From assembly GCA_963693365.1 (NCBI GenBank), contig CAVNZM010000008.1, positions 5,648,113 through 5,712,112 on the forward strand: DNA of 64,000 nucleotides, in the 5' to 3' direction. Of the stretch, positions 44,508 through 56,747 are shown piece by piece. Under the pieces are notes generated by a model that was not told where the DNA came from, ran no database searches, and saw nothing but the letters and a program-made list of their open reading frames with translations. Position numbers and translations under genes: made by a program. Source of the stretch: Amoebidium appalachense. Its lineage: Eukaryota > Protista > Ichthyosporea. How positions within the stretch are numbered: the stretch's first letter is position 1; each line of letters opens with the position of its first letter.

Positions 44508-46555
44508 CAGGGTTCGAAGGACGGTGGAGCCCATTAACGGAAGTCGAAATCCCGTTTCGGAAAACCTCTTCGAAAATCGGAATGCTCCGTCGAAGCAGGC
44601 CCACCAAAAATCGTAATCGTCGCGCATCAGTAAACTAGGGCATGCTTATTTGTGCCTATATTGCATCAAAATGTAATTATAATGCATATACTCAAAAACC
44701 CCTGTGGTTATTAGAGGCCTTCCTGGTGTTGGCAGTTGAAGCTTTGAAGGAATAAAAGGGAAATATGAAGTGCATTAATGCACAATATATATATATATAT
44801 ATATATGCATTTTGTATACGTATATACGTACGGTCACGTCCTCTTACACATATATGCGGCAGTGCCAGTGTATATGAGGATATATACTATGTGTGCATAT
44901 GTATCTAGCTCCTGTGTGTGTCACTGTGTCCGTGGCCTTATTTTTTCCCAGTGCACGCATTTTCTTTTATTTGACGCTCGAAGAACAGTATTTTGGTCGT
45001 AATACCACGTACGGAACGGAGGGGGGTGCCAACCTTATGACATTTTGCAAGGCTACCATTTGCCAAAACAAAGTAGTGTACAAAGAACACCCGATGCACA
45101 TACCTCCCATGCAAACGATGCAGGATGTTTACTCGATTGTCTCGGATCACAGGTACAAATACGTGCAAGCACTCATTGATAACTTGCAAAACCGATTCCC
45201 CTCGGACGAGTGCACTGAGGCTATGGACGTGTTTGTTCCATCGAAGCCTTCCCCATTACCAAAAGCAGCCTCGAAGCATACAGAAACGACAAGATTAGAG
45301 TGCTCGCTGGGTTCTATGGGTCTGTTAAAACAGTGGGCGGAACGAATATATACCTCCAATTGCCGCCGAAGATGTGATAGATCAATGGCCACGTGCCAAA
45401 CAAATTATCTTTGAGCACCGGCATCTCCTTGAGGTTAAAGTAGAAAATGTACCTGTTGGATATAGGTCTCTGAACGAGGCATGGGCCGATCTCGGTAAGA
45501 TAGAAACTTTGCAATCATATTGTGCTGCTGTACTTGAGTTGGTTAACATTGTGAGAATAATCCCAATTAGTAATGCAACAAGTGAACGTGGCTTCTCTGG
45601 TGTGAATATCATTAAGACTTCTCTCAAAGCACGTATGACAACACAGACAGTGCACAATCAGCTCATGATAGCCATGAATGGGCCGGATATAGAGGCAGAT
45701 GTGAAGCACGTGAAAGCTGAGATTAAGTTTCAGAAAGAAATGGCTAAGAAATTAGTTAGAGAGGGCAAACTGAAAGGGTTGACTGTAGAAGGGGCCAAGG
45801 AGCAGCTGGAAAAGGCCCAGGTGGCCGAGGCAGCAGCCCAAAAGAAGGCTCTGGCAGATTTCCTGGCTTTTGACTGGAACAATGTGCACAATGTGTATGT
45901 TGCCAACCCTTTCAAATAAATTGGATCTCTGACAAAACACCAGCACCTAGTAACCGTCAAGTAGTGTCCCTTGTTTTTATTTAAAAATTCTGGGGGAGGG
46001 GAGGGGAGGCCTAGGGAGGGAGGGGGGGGGGGGGGGGTGAGTTGAGGCAGCAACATGGGAAGCTCAGGCAGAAATCGAATGTTTGGGGGGGGGAGAGGGG
46101 GGGGGGGGGAGGGGGGGGGGAAAGAAAATTGCGTTGGGTGGTTGTGTTTGTGTTTGTGTGTGTGTGTGAGTATTTTTCTTTGCAATTGTGTGTGTGTGTG
46201 TGTGGTGGGTATGTATGCACGGTGCGTGTGTCTGTGTGTATGTGTACAGGTGTGGGTGTGTGTATTTGTGTCAGCGGTAATCGGTGTGTGTGTGTCTATG
46301 TTGTGTGCATATGTGCACATGTGCACGTGTGTGTGTGTGTATGTGTGTGTGTTTGTGTGTGTGTGTGTGCATGACATTGTGTGCATGTGTGTGTGTGTTT
46401 TGTGTCAACGGTTATGGTGTGTGTGTATGTAATATGTAGTGTGTGTATGTATGTGTGTGTGTGTGCAGTGTGGTGTGTATGTATGCAGGGTGTGTGTGTC
46501 TGTGTATGTGTGTGTACATGCCAGTGTGTGTGTGGGTGTTTGTACCAACGGTTTC

Positions 46556-46595
<40 letters not shown>

Positions 46596-46646
46596 CACGG
46601 GGTGTGTGTGCGTGCGCTGTGTAAATGGTGTGTGTCTGCAGTGTAA

Positions 46647-46677
<31 letters not shown>

Positions 46678-47054
46678 TTTGTGTGTGTGTGGGTGGGTGG
46701 GTGCATAGCATGTGATTGTACAGGGTGTATGCATGTGCACGTTTGTAATACAGTTATCATGATCTGAGATAGTATGTGCCTGTGCACGTGTACTAGCCTA
46801 GGTCACATGTGTGGTGTCACGGCTGTGTATGTATGTGCATGTGTGTTTTTGAACGGAACACAGGGGTGCACAGTGTGTGTATTGCCTGCCATTTAAGACG
46901 CGTGCCACTGATCGTGATACACGTGGCACCTGCACCTGGTGGCCGTCAACTCTGAGCATCTAGATCCATTCCATGTTTAGGGCCTTCCTGGGGGGAAGGG
47001 GGGGGGGGGGGGGAGGGTACTAGTGGGGGGGGGGGGGGGGGGGGATCCGCCTGA

Positions 47055-47091
<37 letters not shown>

Positions 47092-47314
47092 GAGGGGGTG
47101 AGGCCGGAGCGGCGGTGGGGGAGAAGGAGGGGCAGCACTGGTGGAGGGAACGGTGGGCAGCGGAGGAGGGGGGAATGGGGTTCGATTTCTGGGGGGGGGG
47201 AGTTTTGAAGTGGAGGCCGGCCTATATATACATGCGCAGGCATATGCATTGTATGTTCATGTGGCCATGCATGGCTATGATGCATATGTGGTGTCACGGC
47301 TGTGTGTGTGTGAA

Positions 47315-47346
<32 letters not shown>

Positions 47347-47651
47347 GGTGTGTGCATAAATCAGTTTGGTGTGACAACATGTACATACATGTGCTACAGT
47401 AGGCTGGCGCTGCAGTCAGGGTCTGCCATTGAACATTCTACAGGGACAGGGAGACACGTACGTACGTGTGCAGCTTGTGTGGGTGGTGTATGCCCCGTGT
47501 ATGATGAGACCTGCGAAGTCATGAGAAGCTTCCACCGGGGGCCGGGGGGGGGGGGGGGCTCTCGGGCGTTCCGATTCGGCCGGGACGATTTTCGGAACTG
47601 TGTTTTCAAATATCGAAAATTCCGATTTTTTTCTCGTAACTTCGAACCCTG
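44508..47651 (+). mobile_element. hAT DNA transposon, internally deleted and non-autonomous (3144 bp)
   Basis: 12-bp TIRs CAGGGTTCGAAG (44508-44519) and CTTCGAACCCTG (47640-47651); 8-bp TSD GCCGGGGG (44500-44507, 47652-47659); subterminal TTCGG/CGAAA repeats; contains a hAT dimerisation-domain remnant. Confidence 0.93.
44951..45919 (+). pseudogene. hAT transposase C-terminal fragment, frameshifted
   Basis: YVQALIDNLQNRFPSDE, then a frame change to IDQWPRAK...ELVNIVRIIPISNATSERGFSGVNIIKTSLKARMTTQTVHNQLMIAMNGP (hATC PxSxAxxERxFS motif). The N-terminal and most catalytic regions are absent. Confidence 0.85.
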
Positions 47652-48320
47652 GCCGGGGGCGGTGGCAACTGGAAAGAGGGAAAAAAAAAAACTGGTGCAC
47701 GTGTAAATGCATCGGAAGACAAACGAAAATTCACGTTGGGAGCGAGCATACATTTCTTTTCCATGAAATGGTTTTCAAATTTTCATCTATGTATGCAAAG
47801 AGCGACAGGCTCGAGCTCAAGTGAGCAGCGAAAGTGAACGGGGGGGGGGGGGGGGGGGGAGGGGTCCGGAGACCGAGGAAGGGCCCGGAGGGGCCTGCAG
47901 CTGGTGCTACCATGCGTGTGTGTAATGATGAGCACGTGCCTGGTGCCTGGCTGTGAGTGTGCGCGCCTCCGATTCGAGCTCGCGTTCAATGACATGCACA
48001 TGGTTTTCTTTTTTCTATCTCTTCCTTTTGTTGGCCTGTATTGCGGGTGGTATGTATGTTTGTGTTTGTTCGTATCACGAATTATTAACATGTTATTGTA
48101 GGAAAGATGCTGGAGGAGGAGGAGGAGGAGGAGGGGGGACATCGATGTGCAGATAGAAACACGTCAGGAGACAGGTCCTGGACATCCATAATGATGCACA
48201 TGGAGAAGCAAACTTGCATTTGCAGAAACTTTTACCATGTATGCAACATCAGCAAAGCAGTTCCTCATGTCAACGTTGGTCGTGGTGCGCGCGTGTGTGT
48301 GTGTTTGAGCAGGGGGGAGA

Positions 48321-48364
<44 letters not shown>

Positions 48365-48695
48365 TTTGATACACACTAAACGACACACGAACAGGTCAGG
48401 TCGATCATCGACACAACTTACACCCACACGTCTCAGTGCCCAGCCCACTTTATTTCATCCCCATCACCGCCGCCGCCGCCGCCGACTCGCAAAACAGAGC
48501 GCACCCCTTCTTTAATTCCGACGCAAACAACAAAACATCACGCCGCCGCGTCGCAGAAAGTAGAAAACACGCACCGCTGTCGCTTGTCGCCAAACCACAC
48601 GCACCGGGCGGCGCCGCGTCACGCAACCTCCCCGGGGGCCCAACCCACCGTTTTCTTGCTTATACACAATATGTTTTTTGCGCCAAAAAAACGGT

Positions 48696-48900
48696 TTAGT
48701 TGGGGACCCACTTGTACTCCTTGGCGACCAGGCGGTCGATTTCAGCGACACGCTCGGGGTTGGCTGCGACGACCTCCTTGATGGTGATGTCCTCAAGCGC
48801 CTTCTCAGAGTTGAGCGTGGCCATGGCCTGGCCGAGGGCAACGGACCGCTTGGCGGACCCCTCCATGATGGCCTGTGTACGTGTGTGTACACGTGTGTGT

Positions 48901-48931
<31 letters not shown>

Positions 48932-49290
48932 GGGGGGGGGAAGTGGGGTGGGAGGGGGGAGGGGAGGGAGGGAGGGTGGGAGGGGGAGAGGGGAGGTGTG
49001 TGTGTGTGTGTGTGTGTGTGCGTGCAGGTGTTTGTTTCGGGACAGGCTGTAATGGATGTGTGCAGGTGTTTGTTTCGGGACAGGCTGTGATGGAGGGAAG
49101 GATGTGTGTGTGTGCTGTGTGCATGAGCATGTGTGTGGAGCCTTGAGTAGGTGTTTGTGTATGTACGTGTGTGTTACGATAATGATGGTGAAGGGAAACT
49201 AGTGAATGGCTGGCGTGTGCTGGGTGTGCATGTGTTTGCGAGTGTGGTAGTGCGATAGCGAGTGCGAGTGTGAATGTGAGCGGTGTGTGT

Positions 49291-49321
<31 letters not shown>

Positions 49322-50861
49322 GGGGAGAGAATAATCGTTAGCATGTGGTGCTTAGGATACAGTACAAGGAAGTGTCAATGAACCCCAAAGCGGTGATAAT
49401 CAAAAGTAAGGAGAGCATCGAAACGAACAAGATACCCAGTTTCCTTCCCAAGGGGATCCTAGAGGTGCATGCTTACGTGCCCGTGTGTGTGTTTGTCCGT
49501 GTGTGTGTGCACATGTGTTGCAAACTTACGTGGGCATCTGAGCAAGTGTGAGTACATTTGTGCACTCGGTGATCGTGGAGCCGGGCAGCGGGGATGAGGT
49601 GTGTGTGTGTGTGTGTGGTGAGCACACCCCCCACACACGTGAACATGTAATGTTCCCTACGTGTCTTGATGATGTACGCACAGGCATGGGGGGGGGGTAT
49701 GCGAGAACGAGCGGGCGAGCGAGAATGTGTGTGTGTGTGTGGGTGTCCGTGTGGCACAGTTGTGTGTCGCGTGCTTTGCTAAAAGCGTGCACGTGAAGCT
49801 ATACATGTTTATGCACGTGGTCGACTGCATGTAAGCGAACACGTGCTACTAGTGTGCATTCATACATGCGCGCTCATGTATGTGTGTGTGTGTCTGTAGG
49901 TGCACCCATGTCCCGAGTTGCGTGTACACAAGAAAAAACCAACCGCCACACATTTCTTTCTTGCCAGAAAGGAAACAACGTGATTCTGTCCACTTCCATT
50001 GAAAGGGCAAATGCGTAGTACAGAGAGGCAAACACAGCAACCAGATAAACGTCCTAGAGGCCTATGGCATGCAGGCCAACAGAAAAAGCATCTAATATAA
50101 CACCCTCTTCCCCTCCCCCCTCAAAAGACAACCCCCCCCCCTTCCGTCTCCCCCCCTCAGGGCATGCACCCTGACAACACAACCACCACGTAGAAACATC
50201 CACCTTAACGCTCCCAGAAAACAAAAAAAGAAACAGCTATGATAGTAGGATGAGCTTCTGTGTGAAAAAATGTAGCATTGGATGCCTCCCCCCCCCCCCC
50301 CCCCCAAACCACCACCACCACCAAATACAACCCCACACACATACACACCTCCTCCTTCCCCCCCCCCCCCCCCCCCCCCCCCCCAAAAAAAAACACACAA
50401 CCTCATCCACAAACAGGCTCACAACAGCTGAGAATGTACCTTGCCCAACTTCGACCACAGAGATGTGTGTGTGCGTGTGCCTGCATGTTCATGTGTGTGT
50501 GTGAATGTGTGTGTTTTCTGTTTGCTGTGAGGGTGCTGATTCTCTCTCTCTGATTCTATCTGCATCTCTCTTGCTCCCCTTCTCTCTCCGGTGTGTGTGT
50601 TTGTGCGTGTGTGCTTTATAATAGGTGTGCGTGTGTGTGTACGTATGTGGCCACGTGCAAATTGCCAAGCTCTTGTGAAGCACACATTATCATCCCAACC
50701 GCTCATGCAGCAGCACACATTATCATTCCAACCGCTCATGCAGCAGCATGCTTCCGTCAGCGATCGGCTTACGTCAGGTGTTTATGCATTACCAGATATA
50801 TTATATGCAAACAAAAAGCGCGCGTATATTCGTGTCTGCAAATAAGTAGGTGGCTCATCAC

Positions 50862-50892
<31 letters not shown>

Positions 50893-51843
50893 CGTGCGCA
50901 CTGTGTATGTCTGCTGGTGTCACGTGTCTTCACCGTTTATGCACAGCCTGCATGCGATGCTACCCTAAGCCTGCTTCACCTATACGTGAAGCCGTTCATA
51001 TTCTCACCAAACATGTCCAAGGGCAAACCTACATCCTCAACCAAAGAAGACCCAGCTTTGCAGGAATTATAACGCACTTAGCCGAGAAAAACAGACGTAC
51101 AAGCATCAACGGGATGCCAACGACCAACACACAAAGCTGAGCAGAGTTGGGGGAAAGAAAGCATAGTCACAGAAAGCACCAAAGCCAAACCCGTGTAAGC
51201 AACTGTGATAGGGAGCATGAAAGAGACATGCACACACAGTCACAGACATACGGACACGAAGGACAGCAGAAACCACCCACAGGCACGCGCACGCGTGCAT
51301 GCACACGCATACACACATATACACACACACAAATGAAAAAGAAAACCTAGACTGTACTGCACACTCTCTCCCTCCCCAGCACGGATAAAAAAGTTACCTC
51401 TACCTTTCCGTTCTCCCTTGCGTTGCATTTTCCTGCCTTTCATCCACCCATCTAAACTAATAAACAAACTAAACCACCCAGGCACGCACGCACACACGGA
51501 CACACGCAGGAACGTACGCACGCACGCACGCATGTGCACGCACCTGTGCCTTGGCGAGGGCCTCCTTGCGTGCCTGCGCAATCTTTGCGCTGCCCTTATC
51601 CTCAGGGCGGGGGAACTCGAGCTTCTCGAACGTCTTCTTAGCAAACTCAACAACCTGGGGGGAGGAGATGTTGCTCTGGTAGTAAGCCCAGTTGATGGCG
51701 GGGGCGGCGGAGTACTTCTTCAGAGACTCCTTCAACTGAGAATGTGCGCCCACAAGGGTGAGAAGTTCACCCTTCTTGTCAGCGGGCACACGAGCGCCGA
51801 GCTTGGCAAAGTCAAAAACCCGTCCGACCTGCTTGGCTGCCAT
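48696..51843 (-). CDS. ATP5PD: Mitochondrial ATP synthase peripheral-stalk subunit d, 2 exons, 158 aa
   Basis: Exons 51544-51843 and 48696-48872 (phase 0, GT-AG). MAAKQVGRVFDFAKL...APAINWAYYQSNI...VVEFAKKTFEKLEFPRPEDK...LEDITIKEVVAANPE...YKWVP matches ATP5H/Atp7 motifs (PAIDWAYYK, PEDKY, DQMTIEDL). Confidence 0.88.
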
Positions 51844-52004
51844 TTTTGTGAGTGTCTTTTCCCGAAAAAAGAGGGGGGCCGGTGGGAGTGTCACAAGCTC
51901 GCACTGGAGGGAGAGAAAACGTGGGGAAGGGAAAAGACAGGCGGAGTGGGGTGTGGCGCGCGCGCGAGCGGAGCGCGCGGCTGGCCACGGGGCAGGCGTG
52001 GTTG

Positions 52005-52016
52005 TGTGACGTCACA
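52005..52016. promoter_or_regulatory. Palindromic CRE/ATF-like site TGTGACGTCACA about 160 bp upstream of the ATP synthase d start codon
   Basis: Perfect 12-bp palindrome containing TGACGTCA in a GC-rich promoter-like stretch. Function is inferred. Confidence 0.4.
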
Positions 52017-52479
52017 GGGCGACACGTTTGCGCAAGTTGAGATAATTTGTTACCTTTTATGGGTATTTTATGCTAGGGCGAATCTGTGTGGAAGAAAACA
52101 GAAATTATAAACGAATCAAAAAGGTTTTAAACATTTTTTATTGACATGTTGATTCGTCTAGATTTAAACCTTGGGCCAATCGTAGCAGAGTAAATAGTTT
52201 ATTCGGGTTGGTTGGGATATTCGGGTTGGTTGTAAGGTTTTCGGGTCGGGCCGAAGGCCCTAACAGGCCGCAGGCCCGCTTATTGGGCCGCCAGGCCCCA
52301 GGCCGCTAGGCCCTGGGGACCGGGGGGCCTCCCCACCCACGCGAGCCACGGCGGCCCGGCCCGGCCCGCGGCCCCCCGGGGGTGGGGTTAGCAGCGGCTT
52401 AATAAGTTGCATTTGAAGAAGGGTAGTAGTGTACGTTTGCACATGGGTACGGAGGGGTATCAAAGTACAGCACACACTG

Positions 52480-53361
52480 TCAGCAAAATTTGTGTACCTC
52501 CCCACAGTCGTGCATTCGTCCGTGTGAACTTAGACAAATTTGCTGTCGTGGCATAGGTGTCTTTGTTCCGGCAGCTAGGTTACTTCCATTTGTGAGTCCT
52601 TCATATATTAAAGACGCGCCTGATAAAACAACCTTGATCGAAGTAGAAAATCGAAATCTTGATTCAGAATTAGTAATAGTATTACCTGCTGGCACGCGAT
52701 TGGGATATATCGAAGGGCAGCTGCCTTTCGATACCGTTGTTGCAGAAATAGTTATCCCCACCCCCGAGCTACCTTCAGATAATGGCCAGCCCGAGACATC
52801 AACACTACTCAGGAAGTCGCTTGCCTACGGTTGATGGTGTTGGGCAGTGTCTGCGGTTACCACGGTGTCTGGTCCTCAGTCCGGATGCAGTAGGTGTCAA
52901 TCCCTCATCCACAGAAAAGGGCCCTTCTAGTGATGATATTGGTAAAGCAGAAGGAGTGTGTGCAGGTGAAGGTGCAAGTAGCAATTGTAACAGGGAGGGT
53001 GATTCCGGTGAAGTGCCACAGTCTCCCCTGGGGTATGGTAGATCCAGGTTGGACGGATCAGCAACGTGCCTTAATTCTTCCCATGTTAAATCGAGTCAAA
53101 AATGTATTTCTTAAGCATCCAAAAGATCACGGTTTTGTGAAGGGATACACACTCAGTGGCAATTGATACAGGTGATGCCAGTCCTGTGGTGATGCCTCAG
53201 TATCGAATGGAGCAATCGAAATAAGAGTCAGGTAGGCAAATGATTAGTGAATTTCGAGAAATGCAGATTTTAGAGCCTAGTAAAAGTCAGTGGCGGTCGC
53301 CGGTACTTTTAATTAAGAAACCAGACGGGTCCTACAGGATGTGCACAGACCTACTATCGTA
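52480..53361 (+). pseudogene. Degenerate Ty3/Gypsy pol fragment (post-protease spacer and RT N-terminus)
   Basis: LIEVENRN...VLPAGTRLGYIE; IDTGDASPVVMPQYR; ILEPSKSQWRSPVLLIKKPDGSYRMCTD. Multiple stops and frameshifts. Confidence 0.85.
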
Positions 53362-54126
53362 TCCTAACGTGCGTGTATTAAGAGACGCGGCACTCTACGA
53401 AGTGTACACACACGGAAAGGAACGAACATGTACTGAAAAACGGTAAGGTTTATTATGACCAGGCTCCGACGGGCAAACTTAGATCCGAACGGAATCAAGA
53501 TATTAGTAAGTCACAACTCAGGCCATCAAGGTCGTGCCCTACAAGATCATCATCACCTGGCCCCCTACGACGCCACATTCCATACATTCCGATCTAACTC
53601 TATCGTGTGCCTGCACGAGCTAAGTCGATCGGCTCACACTATTATAATTATCTAATTCTCACCCCTCTCCGAGTCCCTTCCCCTTGTGGCACCGCAGAGT
53701 CTAATTCTACATTCACTGCAAACCCCTGCATTAGAAAATCGTGCCCTACAAAGCACGACTGTGATGATCGCTACTACATGGGTATAAAGTCGTGCCGGCC
53801 GATCGACGATGTCGTTCTGACTCTTTTCTCTACGGGATGGTGCGCGCGCGCGCCGCCGTATTCCGGGAATGCATTCTTGGCCGTGACTCATCATCACGGC
53901 GCACAGGAATGCATTCCTCGATCGAACGTGCGCACACACGCGCGCATGCGACCACAGACTCTGCACCGATCAAAACAGGCACCGACCTTACCCGTCGCCC
54001 AACGCCCCCCGACTCTGAACCGATAAAGATAGGCACCGACCTTCCCCGTCCCCCCTCCCCCCCCCCCCCCCCAACCCCCCCCCCACCCCACCCACCCCCA
54101 CACGTGCACGTGCACCAGGATCCTAG
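53362..54126 (+). mobile_element. Probable non-autonomous Helitron (765 bp)
   Basis: Begins TCCTA after an A (53361), at the point where Gypsy RT homology stops. Ends with GTGCA-CG-TGCAC hairpin, 7 nt, then CTAG before a T (54127). No TSD and no coding remnant seen. Confidence 0.45.
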
Positions 54127-54622
54127 TATAGGCCTCCAAACCGTTTATTGTGACGACAGTATTTATTCAGTTCGATGTCACCGACGCAGCTCATGCGTGC
54201 CACTTTTCACGTAGCCCAGGCACATGAACACAAGAGGAGCATAAACATCTAAATGTTTACGTTACAACGAAGTACTATGATATGGCATCTAAATGTTACA
54301 ACGATGAACTATGAGATGGAGAATACTAATATGTTAACACAGCAGAGCACCTACTTTGCACTATCCGGATTCTTTGGAGGTACTTCTAAGAAAATGATAA
54401 TATTATGTTGTCACCTTGAGTCTTGCACGAGACAACACAGCTTAATGTATGCACGTTCATAAACAGCTATCACTAACACAATATTCTATGTACTTGCACG
54501 GGAACAACACAGTTTGAGCTTACGTGTATGTGTGTGTATGTGATTTAGAGTTGGGGGGGGGGGGGGGAGGAGGAGAGAGAGAGGGGGAGAAGCGAGGGAG
54601 AGAGACAGAGAGAGGTGTGTGT

Positions 54623-54653
<31 letters not shown>

Positions 54654-54748
54654 GGAGATCGAGACGAGAAAGGAGAAGAGAGAGGAGAGAGAGAGGGAGA
54701 GAAAGAGAGAGAAAGAAAGAAAGAGAGAGAGAGAGGGAGAGAGAGAGT

Positions 54749-54820
<72 letters not shown>

Positions 54821-54832
54821 AAGGGAGATAGA

Positions 54833-54864
<32 letters not shown>

Positions 54865-55078
54865 GTGGGTGTGTGTGTGTGTGGGGGGGGGGGGGTGTTT
54901 TATCTGGTCGGGAACCCGGGGGGGGGGGGGGGAGGAGAAGGTGAAAGGGCAAGAATAAGAGAAGAAGAAAGGGAAGCAGGAAGAGAAGGAGGAAAAGGTT
55001 AGAAAAAGAGGGGCCTGGATCGAGAAGGGGATGTAGGAAACATGCAGAAGGGGGCACAACGGATGGATGGATGGATGG

Positions 55079-55155
<77 letters not shown>

Positions 55156-55601
55156 TGTGTGTGACAGTGTGCGTGTTTACATGTGACTGTGTGTCATATG
55201 AACGTCTACAAACATGTGCATGTAGTACGTGTACGGACAAACACCTACAACTTCTTCTACAAAAATAAACAAACACACACAAAAAGATACTGCAAACACA
55301 TATATGCCACAATAACGAAGCAAACCTAACCTTTAAGCACCCCCCCCCCCCCCCCCCACCCCCCGCCCCCACTTACACCAGTACCACCCCCCTCCCTTCC
55401 CCCCCCCCCCCCCCCCCCCCCCCTTCCCCACGTCTTCCCGTCCGTCCCTTTCCCTCCCATCCCCTACTAACACAACACACACGGGCACACACCATTCTCT
55501 ACCGCCCGGCTACCAAGCTGCCCTTCAACTTTAAAGCATCACAGCCACCCACTGACACAGGCACGGTGCACTGGCACACAGGTGTAGAGTGGCGTGTTTT
55601 T

Positions 55602-55637
<36 letters not shown>

Positions 55638-55755
55638 TGTGAGTGATAGTGTGTGTAGTAAAGTAAGAAAAAATTACCATGTATTTCTATGGATAACGTA
55701 CTACTATGGTATTAAGACGTGCATGAATGTTTAGGCAAGGCTTGGGTACACATTA

Positions 55756-56685
55756 TGTTGTAATACGTAGTATCTACATATGGTAAGATCTTCTCAGTTT
55801 GTGTTATGTTTCAGTTCATATGCTTAGTGTATATGCCACACTCCTATTATGTAAAGTGTAGCATCGATCTCCGATATGCTTGTATACTTGTAATCGTGTT
55901 GTATCGGCTCTAATCGTGTATTGTAATATCGATTAGAATATTTATATGTGTGTACACGGATCCACCCACTTAGGGAGAGACGTGTACATGTTCGTGTGTA
56001 CATAAATATCTCTGTTTATAGTTATGCTATTACTATCTTGTTTGTTGATCTGTGCTCTCTTTTCCTTCCTCTTTCTCCTTCCTTATTTTCTTTTCTTTCT
56101 CTCTTTGTCTTCATGTGTATAATCGTATTTCTTTATATTTCTACTAATATATGTTAGGTAGATTTGTGTTACTTAATACGTGTTCATTGGACGGTAACAC
56201 ACTTAGGCTACACTTAGAATAGCATGTGTGTTTAGACTTCATTAATTTACTTTAGTTTTCATGTGTTGCCGGGCTTTAACCAATCATCAAGGTTAAGTGT
56301 GATATGTCTGAGTCTTTGCAGTATGTCATAGGTTAGAACTTCCTTGATGATGACACGAGTTGACCTTAACTAGTGTCTGTGTCCTATCGTGTGCGTCTCC
56401 GCGTACCGGATCTCTCTGAAAGCAATTGGTTCTTAGTGATTGGTTTCTATTAGAGATAGATCTGATTTCCGACTGGTCGGAAATCATGTATGGATTGGAC
56501 TTAGAGGAATTTCAGGTATTTATTCGAAGATCAGAATAAATTCAGTTCAGTTGTGTCTAAACATTGATGTCTGTTGTGTACACTGCTCCGATCGTTCCGT
56601 GTTTTGTTGTTGTGTGTGTCTGTGGTGTTTTTACACTGCACCACTGTGTCTCTGCTTTCATCCCAAATACTTATACAATTTTACA
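55756..56685 (+). mobile_element. 5' LTR of a Ty1/copia retrotransposon (5' boundary uncertain, about 55730-55850)
   Basis: 55885-56685 aligns with 63193-63999; ends TTACA immediately before the PBS. Confidence 0.8.
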
Positions 56686-56699
56686 GGTTATGCAGCCCT
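56686..56699 (+). promoter_or_regulatory. Primer-binding site of half-tRNAiMet (Hemivirus, copia/Ty5) type
   Basis: GGTTATGcAGCCCT directly after the LTR CA. Equals GGTTATGAGCCCT (complement of the initiator-tRNA anticodon arm) plus one extra C. Confidence 0.7.
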
Positions 56700-56747
56700 T
56701 TTGCACGTTCCCTACACACATCTAGAACTAGCGCTCGTTTTTCAATC

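Noticed and set aside
50771-50863. C/D-box snoRNA in the ATP synthase d intron (minus strand GTGATGA...CTGA with acg/cgt ends)
   Set aside because: Only a 3-bp terminal stem, and I could not recognise an rRNA or snRNA antisense element. A snoscan search would be needed.
52200-52400. GC-rich GGCCCGG clusters (also 26635-26715) as transposon ends
   Set aside because: No paired TIR or TSD could be identified.
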